Below, one piece after another: positions 51,921-64,000 of a stretch of DNA of 64,000 nt. The stretch comes from Eledone cirrhosa (lineage: Eukaryota): positions 322,834,001 to 322,898,000 of the forward strand of contig OZ024741.1 in NCBI GenBank assembly GCA_964016885.1. The letters are read 5' to 3'. Every line of letters begins with the position of its first letter. Positions within the stretch are counted from its first letter, which is position 1. Below the pieces are notes generated by a model, which saw nothing but the letters and a program-made list of their open reading frames with translations, made no database searches and was not told the origin of the DNA. The position numbers were made by a program, and so were the translations under genes.

Positions 51921-52007
51921 TATGTAATACAATATAATATATTTATTTGTGTCTATATATTACTAGCTCTTGTTTTATTGATTAAAGCCCCACATTCAGA
52001 AAGCGTC

Positions 52008-52044
<37 letters not shown>

Positions 52045-52121
52045 GGAAAAATTTGAACAGGGACAAAACAGAGAGGCAGTACAATAAATGTTTATTAATT
52101 TCACGCTCAGGAGAGTGGGGG

Positions 52122-52153
52122 ACGACGTTTCGGGCATAAGCCCTTCCTCAGGT
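52122..52153 (-). ncRNA. Classic Penelope-type minimal hammerhead (family O)
   Basis: AC-CTGAGGA-A-GGGC ttat GCCC-GAAA-CG-TC-GT, followed by AATAAA and (TA)n. Element ~52043-52957. Confidence 0.8.
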
Positions 52154-52957
52154 GAGAAGTGTGTGGGAACAGAGTTCAAAAGGTGTGTAGGGGAGTGGTG
52201 GAGAGACATATAGCGAAAGGAAACGGTGCGAATGAAAAAATAACAAATAAAGATAAAAAATAAAAATAAAGCATGATCAAAATACAAGGAATGAGAAAAT
52301 TTAAAAATAAAGGCATGATCAAAATAAACTGAAATTAAAAGGGGGGTAAACAGGTGGTGGAAGGGTGTGGGGTGAGTAGGGGTGGTGGCGGGTGGGGAGA
52401 GGGAGACGGGGTGTCCGAGCGGGAGGGCTGAAGGTGGTGTGTGTGTGTGTGTGTGTGGGTGTATGTGAAAGTAAGGGTTGGGGGAAGAACGGGGTTGCAT
52501 GTTCAGGAAGAGGTGTGTGTGGGGGGTGTTTTTGTGGGTCGAAGTGTCTGTGCGTGTGTGGATAGGGGGTGGGGGAGAGGAATCAGGAGGCTGAGGGTGT
52601 AAATATGTGGTGGGAAGCACGTGTATGTGGGGTTTAAGCGTGTTGTGGGTGTGGGTGGCGTGTGGAGAAAAAACATTTTTTGGGGTGTGTGTGTGGGTGA
52701 GTTATATAGGTGATTACGTAAGAGGATGGTTGAAAAGTTGGTAAGTTCCAAGGATGTTTAGTGGATTGGTTGTAAGTCAATTTCTGCGTGTGGGTAATCC
52801 ATGAAGCGGTGGTCGGAAGAGGAGAGATGTGGGGGGCGCGCGCAACAGGAAGTGGTCAGCAGTGGGAGTGCTGTGGTCTGTTAGTGCTGGGAGGTGGTCA
52901 GAGGGCATAGCAGCAGTCGGTGGAATGGTAAGGGGGCGAGGATGGGTAGGTGTGAAA

Positions 52958-52988
<31 letters not shown>

Positions 52989-53255
52989 AATTCCGTTATA
53001 ACGAAATCAAGGCGGTATAAAAAAAATTTGTTGTAACGAAAAATTTTTTATAATGAGATCGACCTACCACATCGAGCATGTGGACGGGAATTGATTATTC
53101 TGCATAGTTAACCATGATCTAAGTGTAAGAAAAGCACTCGACGTTACGCAACTCATCCATCTTTGATGTTGAATCCTGTTGGTGGTGCGGGAAGGGAGTT
53201 AATGACAGGAGGCCGGACTGGTGAAATTTCCATCAATTTTTTTATTTCCGCAATA

Positions 53256-53291
<36 letters not shown>

Positions 53292-53314
53292 TGAGTAAGG
53301 AGCATATATTGCAA

Positions 53315-53485
53315 TAAGCTGGGGTTCAAAGCTGCCGAGAAAATTGAGAGATCTGCATGTTGTTAACGTGGGCGTTTTTAAGAAACGTCTTGACACTCTG
53401 CTATCCAGGAACCCAGACGAACTCACAGCACGGAATGAAGGTAACCTAAGGGCAGCAGCATCGAACTCCCTCAAAAGTCAATGGC
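53315..53485 (+). pseudogene. CR1-type LINE C-terminal fragment
   Basis: KLPRKLRDLHVVNVGVFKKRLDTLLSRNPDE..RAAASNSL. Confidence 0.7.
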
Positions 53486-53675
53486 CAGCCAACGCAGGCT
53501 GGATATAGAAAGCTGTAATATTATGACAGCTTTAAACATACATAATGAGGCTCTCGTATGTTTACCATGCGTAAACATATCGTATACTATTTACACCGTT
53601 ATTACACACACACACATATACACACACATATATACACACATACGTACACACACACACACAAACACACACACACGC

Positions 53676-53706
<31 letters not shown>

Positions 53707-54848
53707 ACACACACATATATATGATTATGCCAATGAATGAATCTAAATAAATATTCTCTCCAACTAGTGTATCCTTCCTGCTTGTCTATGAAATAAAAAC
53801 TTAGCAGACGGACAAATAAATATTATTCCTTGAGCTGAATTTCACGATTTCTTTCATACCTAACTGGATGCTGATGGTTTGGAATGAGAAACATCTGAGA
53901 TCAATTTCGTATTGTTGCGATATTGAACTCTTAATTTCCTCCCTGGAACGTATATATATATATATATATAGTATTTTCGTAACAGATTCCTCTAACCATA
54001 TGCGCGTATGCACACGCCCATATATGTATGCTTATATATAAAAATATGAATGAGTCAGGTCCCCGACGGCTGAGTTCTTATCGTTTCAACAGCTAGTTCC
54101 TGACGGATATATATATATATATATATAGATAGATATATATATATAGGTTAGGTTGTTTACCAATGTGTAGGACTAGAGGTTCGGATTGGTAAACGATGAT
54201 GTAATAAATTAATTAAGGCAATAAGCGTTATGCGAATCCTCCATTGTAGATGTGGTATGCCGTGGCTGGTGCAGGAATGGAGTAAAGTATTCACTTAATA
54301 ACAGAAGGCCAGACTGGAAAATGTACTTTAGAGTTTTAATTCTGCGAAAGCACTATACATATTTCGATAACCCATCCCTATCATCCGATGATGCAAGACA
54401 AGGCGATTTCATCAGGTGTTATTTGCTGAATTATATAACAGGATTACGTTGAACCCAAACAGAGAATAGAAGATAGACAAAAGGTAAATAGAAAATAGAG
54501 GACCGATTGGTCAACACACAAAAACAAGATGGTGTAGGGCAGAACAAAGGAGAGACACAAAATAAAAACCCAATCAATTAGGGGGTCACAGAATGTGTGA
54601 CGTAAGAGCTTTGACAATATATAAACAAGCATCCGATTGCCGAACCAACCGACCGGAAACAAGAAATTTATAATGAATTGAAGTGAAACCAACAGGTGCG
54701 TGTGTTCTTATTGGCAGCATGGCCCTCCCAAAATATAACTATATATATATATGTAAAGTTCTATTTAAATTGTTGGGCTACAACAAGCAAATATTTTTAT
54801 AACTGATATAAAGCACTCAACAAATATTTGGAGTAAAAATACGATATT

Positions 54849-55030
54849 AATTGTTTCTACTTTTGGCACAAGGCCATCAATAACCCAGTACATTACTGGT
54901 ACTTTATTTTATCGACCCCGTAAGGATGAAAGGCAAAGTTAACCTCGGCGGGATTTGAACTCAGACCGTAAAGGGACGTAACTATGCTGGAAAGCATGGC
55001 GTCCGACTCTCTACCGATACTCCCAATCCA
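54849..55030 (-). mobile_element. Meta-type SINE inserted in a family D element
   Basis: Homology; family D sequence resumes on both sides. Confidence 0.88.
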
Positions 55031-55059
55031 AATGGAAACTATATTTATAAAACCATATT

Positions 55060-55124
55060 TATTTCACTATACATATTTCAAGGACACCAAGTTAAATTAT
55101 GGTGTGCTTTCATCAGATAAAATA
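55060..55124 (-). ncRNA. Type I hammerhead (family D)
   Basis: Reverse complement of 55264-55328. Confidence 0.85.
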
Positions 55125-55263
55125 TAATATAGAACAGTTTTATAAATAAATATTGACATACAGAATGCAACCATTACTGTTGGAAGCTCCCGGAGCTTCC
55201 AACAGTAATGGTTGCATTCTTTAAGGGTATGTCAATATTTATTTATAAAACTGTTCTATATTA

Positions 55264-55328
55264 TATTTTATCTGATGAAAGCACACCATAATTTAACTTG
55301 GTGTCCTTGAAATATGTATAGTGAAATT
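55264..55328 (+). ncRNA. Type I hammerhead (family D)
   Basis: TATTTTAT-CTGATGA-AAGCACACCA..TGGTGTCCTT-GAAA-TATGTA-TA-GTGAAAT. Confidence 0.85.
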
Positions 55329-55466
55329 AATATGGTTTTATAAATATAGTTTCCATTTATTAATATCGTATATATATATATTATATATATATATATAACA
55401 AATAGTTTTATCGCTCTACATGGCTGAATACAAGAAATGTAAATCTGAGTTTTTTCGAATATTAAT

Positions 55467-55647
55467 AATTGTTTCTACTTTTGGCACAAGGCCAGCAATT
55501 ATCCCAGTTTATTACTGGTGCTTTATTTTATCTACCCCATAAGGATGAAAGGCAAAGTTAACCTCGGCGGGATTTGAACACAGAATGGCAAGGGCCGTAA
55601 CTCTTTGCTGCAAAGCATGGCATCAAACCCTCTACCGATACTGCCAG
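55467..55647 (-). mobile_element. Meta-type SINE inserted in a family P element
   Basis: Homology. Confidence 0.85.
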
Positions 55648-55703
55648 CAAACAGCCTCTTTAACCATGTCAGTAGAATGACCATGTGTTGACATAAAAAC
55701 GGA

Positions 55704-55750
55704 ACGGCTAACACTACTGTTTCTGGGTTATTACCCTTCATCGGTGCCGT
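55704..55750 (-). ncRNA. Type I hammerhead (family P)
   Basis: ACGGCA-CCGATGA-AGGG taataa CCCA-GAAA-CAGTAGTG-TT-AGCCGT. Confidence 0.65.
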
Positions 55751-55796
55751 ATACTGTTTACCTGCCAACTGTCAGAACTAGTGAAAATATATTATA

Positions 55797-56307
55797 CTAG
55801 CAGTGGTACCCGACGTTGCACGGGATAATGTGTTGTGAAATATATAACCGTCTTAGCTAAGCTTAGTATTGCCACAATCACAGCTGGCAAAGAAGTAAGG
55901 GTCTGGTGGTATGTAAGTAAGCAACACTGTGGCTTAAAACGGGAGGAAGAAGTTGTGTGCACTTACCAACTGTTTGTGGAATAAGTGTGAGATTTGTCTT
56001 GAGCAAGGGTGGCAGAATAACCGGATGCAGCAGACAGCCAGACATACTGACAGATATTATAAGGACGCGACGTTATATGTATGTATCTATCTAAAAAGAG
56101 AAAGACTAAGAATTATAGAGCGAGATCGCTAAATCACCTAATGCGGTCCCTAGGGCATTGAAAATTTGAAATTCCTTTTGCTCAGAACACTCCCTGAAAC
56201 ATAAGTATTACATGTGTAAAGTTTTAAAACAGTCGGTTTGGTGGTTCTCTAGTTTTAGGGATTCAAACTCACAAACAGACGGACATCCTCAGTCTTATAT
56301 ATAGAGA
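55797..56307 (-). mobile_element. Non-autonomous Helitron
   Basis: 5' TCTCTATATATAAG; 3' hairpin CCCGTGCAACGTCGGG then CTAG. Absent from the paralogous site near 62190. Confidence 0.85.
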
Positions 56308-56590
56308 TTTTCTGGAATATACAGTGACTGATCAGCCTGATTTGCATATTACCAGACCTATTGATCAGCCAGACTTGCATATCAGGCCAGTCAGTTTTCT
56401 GTATACGAGCGACTAATGACCGGCTTTGCCATAGTCAAATAACTATATGTATACATACATATGTGTATATGTGTATACAGACATACATATATGTGTGTGA
56501 ATATATATATATATATATAACGTCAACCTAATACGTCATCATTGCAAGTGTTTTGTTCTTCTGTGTTATTTTTCTTGATTGACTCATTTA

Positions 56591-56629
<39 letters not shown>

Positions 56630-56736
56630 ATAATAATAAATTTGAAGACTAAAATCCAAAGAGGGCTCGATAAGGATAAATATATATCAAATATATAAGA
56701 ACCGTAGAGCAAATATTTATTAAAATAACAGATTAA

Positions 56737-56787
56737 AGTTTAAGCAAAGAATCGGTGCTTTCACCCTTAACGGGATCTTCTGAAACT
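56737..56787 (-). ncRNA. Type I hammerhead, U4A variant (family C)
   Basis: AGTTT-CAGAAGA-TCCC gttaa GGGT-GAAA-GCA ccgattctt TGC-TT-AAACT. Confidence 0.7.
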
Positions 56788-57179
56788 AACAAAGTCAATC
56801 TTTGTTTAAACTTTAATCTGTTATTTAAAAAAAAAAATATATATATATATATTATGTACTGCAAATGCTTACATACATATATAGATACATACATGTTTAT
56901 GTATTATGTTGTGTTTGAGTGTGGAGTTATTATTGTTCTGGCTGTTGTCTTTGCTGGATGTTACAGCGGAAAAACATATCTTTCAATAGCCAACATTTTG
57001 TTTTTGTTAAAATATTTGTTTTCTCTGACGTAATTCGGATGGGCAGGGATTCTGTTTATTCTGTGACTTATTAAAAAAATAAAAGGATGATGATGTGAAG
57101 GATGGTAGTCAAAGTGTGTATATATCTTCACCATGCGTATATATATGTGTGTGTGTGTGTATGTATATATGTAAGTTTA

Positions 57180-58028
57180 TGTCAGGTTGCTTTTCAGCAC
57201 TACTGATAACATTTAAACCAGTACAACCTGAGCATGGTCGGGTCGTCGGTGACTAAATCGGCAACGCCACCAAGTTTGCTTGGTGAGGAGGGTGATTTTG
57301 GACACCCTGCAAAACCCGTCAAAGGGCAAAGGAACTCAACAGCCATCCAATAAAGTCTTTTTTTTATTTTGTGAGCTAGAGTCTATCTTCATTAAGACAT
57401 CTCTCTAGGAGAAGGTCTCTCTGATATAAAACCTACGACTTTGTTTGCATCTAATGATGTAGACCAGTTTTACTTTTTTGGTAAATGCATTCTGTGCCAA
57501 GCTTTTCCTCACTTAAAAAAGCTTCAAGCACAGGCATCACATTTTTTGTGATACATGGCATTGCTGGCCATAGGCAAGTTCCTAGCAGGATTAAAAGTCA
57601 CGTCCATGCTTAAGTATCAAACAATGGCATTACTCGAAATTGAATTGCCGTCATCGTGTATGTATGCATATGTGTATGCGTGTATGTATGTCTATGTATG
57701 TGTGTGTGTGTGTATGTGTGTATGTATGTATGGGAGTGAAGGACGCCTCGTCTTTGTCAGGGCATTCTTCTAGGAGAAGGCAACTCAGGAAACTGGGATA
57801 ACTCTGACATAAAACCTGTGGTTCAGTAGTTATCGATGATGTTGATCTTTTCTTCTTTTCGGGTTATAGCTACTGTCGCTCAGAGAGTGGGATTGGCTCA
57901 GTGCACAGTCTTTCCTCAGTTTAAAAAATATCTTCACGCACAGGCATTGCACGATAGAATTAATTAATAATTATTAATAATGTTATATCATGCAATGGCT
58001 ATATTCGATAACGAGGGGGCCGCCATCA
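57180..58028 (+). mobile_element. Two RTE-derived non-autonomous elements (57180-57655, 57730-58028) in (TATG)n
   Basis: Homology to 48724-49320 and 5262-5610. Confidence 0.7.
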
Positions 58029-58497
58029 TGTATGTATGTATGTATGTATGTATGTATGTATGCATGTATGTATGCATTCATATATGTATGTATTTGTCAT
58101 GTAGCATGGCCTTTCTTTAATGAATGAATCCACTAAAAGGAGGCCGCAGGTGGTGTTGGGATTCGGAGAAAACCGAGATTTCCTTCCTGGGTCTGTTATT
58201 TTTTTGTTTTTTGTTATATCGGTTGCATTAAAGTTAAGTGTGGTTTGCGCATGTGCTAGTCAACACGTGCAGTCAATGTATATAAGTATCGGTGTTAGCG
58301 TCTATGAAAGAGTGTGTGCCTGTGTGTATATGACATATGTGCGTGAGTGAATGTAAGCGTGTGTATATTTGTAAATATGTGTGTAAATATAAATGCGTAT
58401 GTAAGTAAAATGAATTGACATGTAAGAACGTGTGTGTGTGTGAGCATGCATATGCAGTGAGAGTGTTTACGTAAATGTATCTGTAGATATGTATATA

Positions 58498-59375
58498 CTA
58501 ATTGTTTAACCCGGTTTTACCCGGGAGATTTGGTTCACTGATAAGAATTCAACTTCTTTTCTCCACCAAGAAACCAACAAAAATCACAAAAAGGGAACAC
58601 GACAAACAAAAGACATTAAGAATAACAAACCGAAATCCTAATAAATTTACTGTCAAATAAGGTTGAAAACAGAAATATGAAACCCCCCCCCCCCCCCAAA
58701 AAAAAAAAGAAAAAAATTGAAATCCAAAAAGACAAAACACAAACAAAGACAAACATAAAAAACAACAAAATTAATAATCACAAACTTATGTGCATTTATT
58801 TGCCTTGCAATTAAAATGGGACTGGCACAGAAGCTGGCACATGAAGTCGAACCGTGCATGGCACGGAAAAGAGGCTGGCAATGAAGAGCGTTATCATTGT
58901 AGAGCCTCTTGGTAGACAACATTCTTAACTTCTCTTTTTGTTGAGTAAATGAAGAGTCCCCGCGGACTTCCTACTCGGAAACATCCAACGTACAGTTGGC
59001 CATGTGAGAATACCTGTTCACTCAGATTCAGTCCAACCACTTGCATCGATTGTCCCTGTGCCTTGTTGATGGTCATGACAAAGCTGAGTTTGAGGAGATA
59101 TTGGAACCGCGTAAATTCGTTGACGACGTCAGATGGACTGAGTTGTACTGGAGGAATTAGAACGTCTGTGCCAGCAGCTGGTCCGTTCAAGATTGACGCA
59201 ACCAGAATTTTGGACTTTAACGATTTGATGATAATTCGTGTTCTGTTGCACATTGTTGGAGCGTCCAAGTTCCTTAGCATCATAACCGGCGAACCAACTT
59301 TTAGCTGCAGGTCGTGAGGCGGAAGTCCAGGAGGTGTTTGACTGTTGAGGAATTCAATGGTAAACATTGTGGCAT
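58498..59375 (-). mobile_element. Helitron 3' remnant with Pif1 helicase C-terminus (58894-59367)
   Basis: EFLNS..PPGLPPHDLQLKVGSPVMMLRNL, MTINKAQGQS, FSHGQLYVG; terminal hairpin CCCGGGTAAAACCGGG then TTAG (decayed CTAG). Confidence 0.85.
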
Positions 59376-59944
59376 CCTCAGCATTTTTGAATGTGTTGTT
59401 TATGCAGTAGAAGTCTGCTTAGAACGCGCAAAACATCAAATCTCGTAATCGAGCGTTCACGATACTGACGTGACGTTGAAAGTCGGCCTTCCCTTTGGCT
59501 AGCCGTTTCATGGGAAATTCCTATTTCATCGATTTTCTCCGTAACCATGGAAGCTTGTAGCTTGAAAGTCGACCCAACGCCTCCTCGGGCATTCTGCATA
59601 ACTGTGTAAATTTTTGCTGCATTCCACCAAGCCGTTTCGACGTTTATCCGACTACACCTACACATACAACGCCCGACCACTTCAAATTTATATAGTAGAT
59701 GTATAAATATGTGTGTAGATATGTAATAGCGATATGTCTAACTATAAGAGCATACTTACACGTGTAAATGTAATAATATATGTGTGTGTACATAAATGTG
59801 TATGCACATAAATATACATAAGAGATCGTGCTGGTAATCGGGTGTAAACGCAATCATATATATGTGTGTACGTACATGTCTGTATGTGTGTCTGTATTAT
59901 GTGTGAGTGAAAATGTGTGTGTGTGTATGTGCAGCTATGTATGT

Positions 59945-60162
59945 ATGTAGGCTCTCGTGAATGTATGTGTAAATATGCATGTATGTAGGATCTCGTGAAT
60001 GTATGTGTAAATATGCATGTATGTAGGATCTCGCGAATGTATGTGTAAATATGCATGTATGGAGGATCTCGCGAATGTATGTGTAAATATGCATGTATGG
60101 AGGATCTCGCGAATGTATGTGTAGATATGCATGTATGGAGGATCTCGCGAATGTATGTGTAG
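59945..60162. repeat. 38-bp minisatellite
   Basis: ATCTCGCGAATGTATGTGTAAATATGCATGTATGGAGG, about 5-6 units. Confidence 0.9.
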
Positions 60163-60169
60163 AACGGAT

Positions 60170-60500
60170 CAAGATAGATCAGCCTCTGTATCTCATTTCT
60201 TTCCATTCTATTATTAATGGGGCGCTCAAATCGTTTAATAAAGAGGACTTCTGTGCTTCTCAGGGTGTCTATACTGCGTTCAGTAGCCAAGGTGTTGGTG
60301 GTTATTGTTTTGCATTTGAGCATATGTTTGTGGAACGATGATGTGATGTGTTCTTTTATTCAGAGGTGTCAAATAGTCAAATAGTGCTGCTGCTGTAGAA
60401 TTGGCTGCACTTGCCACATTCCAACCTGTACACCACGTAGGCACACAAGCAATAATTAGTGCTGTGGGAAGGGGCAATTAGTTAGAGTGCATGTGTTCTT
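60170..60500 (-). pseudogene. Penelope-like GIY-YIG endonuclease remnant
   Basis: Across frameshifts: CTLTNCP..NYCLCAYVVYRLECGKCSQFY..ST..IKEH..FHKH..LATE..LRSTEVLFIKRFERPINNRME. Confidence 0.75.
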
Positions 60501-60774
60501 CTCGTTGATTATTAGCTGAGTTGTGGCATCCTAAAGAAGCAACTGTCGTCTGGGCTGGTCCATCTTCTGGGTTTTGAGTCCCACCGTGGGATGGAGAAAG
60601 AGCGTGGGTAGCCACTGGTTTTTAACACCCAGCGGTACTGTTTGATGAAGCGTCACAGCATCTGTCGCGTATGGGCGCAGTTTCACTGTTTATGTACTCA
60701 CTTATCGAGTTGTACTCACTTATCGAGGAGAGCAGATTTGTAGTGGATGAAAAGGTCTCTGCAGTAGAAATAGG

Positions 60775-60925
60775 AGGGGAAAATCGATTAAATCGACTCC
60801 AGTTTGTCACTGGTACTTTATTTTATCGACCCCATAAGAATGAAAGGCAAAGCTAACCTTGGCGGGATTTGAATACAAACGTAAAGACCCATAACTTAAT
60901 GCCGCAAAGCATGTTCTCCGATACT
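60775..60925 (-). mobile_element. Degenerate Meta-type SINE
   Basis: Homology. Confidence 0.7.
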
Positions 60926-61900
60926 ACAACAACAACAACTACAACTGCAACGGCGATAACAGCAGTAGCAACAACAACAAAAGAAATAAGGACAACAATA
61001 TCATCATCATTAACTATAACAACACCAGCATCAACATGACCAAAAATAGCTACAACTGAAACAGCAACAACGCCGTCAAAATTAACAGCAAGAACTGCAT
61101 TATCATCATCAACAACTATGTTTAAAGCATAAAGTCGTGGTGGGAATTCCGTGTTTAAACTTGAGGCAATTAATGGCAGAACTTAAAATGTGAACGTAAG
61201 GATGGCTTGCTGAGTGGTTAAGAGGTTCGCTTCGCAAATATTCATTGTCGAAACTGACAGAGGTCCAAGACATGTTTCTTACAATCAGAGGATTGGATTC
61301 AAGTTTCTAATTAATATAGCTATTTGATTAGAGTCCACTTACCTCCGTTTGTTTGGAATATTATCAATTTGCCAAAATGGAATATGTCATTTCATCCTTC
61401 ATTTTGAGAAAACTTCACACAAATGTGTGCAATGACATTTTTGCTGGATCAAAGAATGCCTTGACATTTTGTCTTTAAAAATTAAACTGTTGTTTGAATT
61501 TTTCACCACAACATTCTTCATTTTTTAAATTGATAACACTCTGTCTTTGTTCACATGTACATCCACACACATACATGCATACGTACATATATGAATCTGT
61601 AAGAGGGATAGTGGAAATATGCAAACTGTTCTAAAGTTCAACCTATGGCACTCACCATTTCAACAATTGATAATTTTTCTTTGTTAGAAATCAGCTTCTA
61701 GTTTTCCGGAGAAATTCAATAAAGGAAAAAGAAATAAAATTACATGTACGTGTATATATAAATATGAGTCCCAGATTCAGCCGGAGTGATCAGACTAAGT
61801 AAGGTACTCAATACATTAAGTGTATACATCAAATTTAATATAGAAATAGCTTCTACAGGGCTAGAAATGTTTTATTCGAAGGAAATCAGCAGGAAAGCCA

Positions 61901-61935
61901 CTGATGATTTACTTCGAATGAAACAGTTCTAATCC
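61901..61935 (+). ncRNA. Decayed hammerhead core in a small fold-back
   Basis: CTGATGA-TTT acttcg AAT-GAAA-CAGTT; a relative near 19915 reads GAAA-CAGTTG-TA. Stem I not formed. Confidence 0.4.
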
Positions 61936-61969
61936 TGTAGAAGCCGTTTCTATAAATTTGTTATATATT

Positions 61970-62444
61970 CAGATTTACATTTCTTTTATTCAGCCATGTA
62001 GAGCGATACAACTATTTGTTAGTCATTTGACTATACCAAAGCCGGCCATTAATCTCTCGTGTACTTACTGACCTATCCGCTGATATGCAAATCTGGCTAA
62101 TCAGTGGGTCTGCTAATATGCAGATCTGACTAATCAAACAGTCTACTAATATGCAAATCAGGCCGATCAGTCACTGTATATTCCAGAAAATATATTTTTT
62201 CACTAGCTCTGACAGTTGGCAGGTAAACAATATAGAGTATTGATGAAGGGTAATACCCAGAAACATTAGTGTCTGTCGTTCTGTTTCTATGCCAACCCAA
62301 CAGCTAGAATGGTGGGATCATTCTACTCACATTACTTAAGAGGCTGTTTGCATAATTGCTAACGAAACGAATATTATTATTAATATTCGAACAAGTCAGA
62401 TTTACATTTCTTGTATTCAGCCATGTAGAGCGATAAAACTATTT

Positions 62445-62445
<1 letters not shown>
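61970..62445 (+). mobile_element. Terminally redundant 427-nt HHR unit (family P)
   Basis: 61970-62018 is repeated at 62397-62445; homologous to 55398-56445. Confidence 0.8.
62234..62279 (+). ncRNA. Type I hammerhead (family P), partly decayed
   Basis: AGAGTA-TTGATGA-AGGG taata CCCA-GAAA-CATTAGTG-TC-TGTCGT. Confidence 0.6.
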
Positions 62446-62515
<70 letters not shown>

Positions 62516-62863
62516 AGTTTCCCTTTCGAGGGTGGGGGATCCCTAGTCTGGGATACGACGTGCAGCGACTCGTTTTCTGCCTCTAACCGGACTCGGTTGC
62601 CCACAATGCAGAAGAGAGTAGAATAATAAGATAATCAATACTGAGATCTGACCAACCGCTTCTCTTTATACCGAACTTCAACGAAACGGCTGTCATCCTT
62701 AATATTATGTATATATATATGTATATATATATATATATGTATGTATAGAATAAGGAAAAGCGAAGTAGTTTCAGTTGTTCAAGTCCTTTAATAATAATGC
62801 TGTGATATATATTTCAATGGCGACACTGTCGCCATTGAAATATATATCACAGCATTATTATTA

Positions 62864-63030
62864 TAGAGGGTCGGACGCCATGCTTTCCAGCGTAGTTACG
62901 TCCCTTTACGATCTAAGTTCAAATCCCGCCGAGGTTGACTTTGCCTTTCATCCTTACGGGGTCGATAAAATAAAGTACCAGTAATGCACTGGGTAATTGC
63001 TGGCCTTGTGCCTAAAGTAGAAACAATTAT
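62864..63030 (+). mobile_element. Meta-type SINE inside fold-back 62748-63120
   Basis: Homology; tail duplicated at ~63044-63075. Confidence 0.88.
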
Positions 63031-63248
63031 TATTAAAGGACATCTGGCCTTGTGCCAAATGTAGGAACAATTATTATTAAAGGACTTGAACATCTGAAAC
63101 TACTTCGCTTTTCCTTATTCGATATTTACTCCGTCACTCCTATGTGGAAAAAGTACGTTGAGTGCTTGATTTGAATTGCATCAACGTTTACCCTAATATA
63201 TGTATGTATATATATATGTATGTATATATGTATGTATATATATATATG

Positions 63249-63325
<77 letters not shown>

Positions 63326-63376
63326 GTATATATGTATATGTATATATATATATGTATGTATATATATATATGTATG

Positions 63377-63421
<45 letters not shown>

Positions 63422-63440
63422 ATATATATATGTATATATG

Positions 63441-63489
<49 letters not shown>

Positions 63490-63604
63490 GTATGTATATA
63501 TATATATATGTATATATGTATGTATATATATATATATGTATATATGTATATATATATATATGTATATATATATATGTATGTATATGTATATATATATATG
63601 TATG

Positions 63605-63635
<31 letters not shown>

Positions 63636-63644
63636 ATATATATG

Positions 63645-64000
63645 TCAGGTCACCACTTGGTGCTACTGATAACATGTATCCCAGTACAACCTGTCTCATG
63701 GTCGGGTCGTTGGCGACTAAACTGGCAACCCCCACCAAGGTTTCTTGGTGAGGAGGGTGACTTTGGACATCCTGCAGGACTAAAAACAAAACCTGTCAAA
63801 GGGCAAAGGAGCTCTTAAGAGTCAATGGCCATCCAAAATCACTGGGAGAGATGACCCCTTAGCCTTTGTCAAAGCAGAATTCTAGGAGAAGGAAAACTCT
63901 GATATAACACCTGCAACCCTGATGGTATCCAATGATGTTGACTTGTTCTTTTTTTTTTGGTAAATATCATCTTGGTTAAGAGAGTGGGACTGGCTTTGTG
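63645..64000 (+). mobile_element. RTE-derived non-autonomous element (runs off the window)
   Basis: Near-identical to 48724-49070. Confidence 0.8.

Overview
AT-rich, microsatellite-saturated animal intergenic or intronic DNA with no recognisable host gene. The SINE and LINE complement looks like that of an Octopus-type cephalopod, but that is an inference from remembered repeat families, not a lookup. Conventional content: a decayed R4/Dong-like RT-REL LINE (~5975-8990), a full-length but frameshifted Helitron (28634-34856) plus two Helitron derivatives, RTE and CR1 fragments, about 18 copies of a tRNA-derived Meta-type SINE (several with TSDs), RTE-derived non-autonomous elements in (TATG)n, and 57-, 38-, 18- and 15-bp minisatellites. 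Main unexplained signal: the short non-coding islands between (TA)n tracts carry type I hammerhead ribozyme (HHR) motifs. By hand-folding I count about 20 near-complete copies in more than a dozen unrelated sequence families, including recurring core variants (U3-A8, U4C, U4A, U3-G8), long stem II insertions and a compensatory base change. Many sit in fold-back (inverted) pairs, and three families form terminally redundant ORF-less units of 427-467 nt. Penelope-like RT (~50760-51245) and GIY-YIG (~60170-60500) remnants are also present. The best reading is a community of (TA)n-targeted Penelope-like elements and retrozyme-like non-autonomous partners. All folds are manual, activity is untested and element boundaries are approximate.
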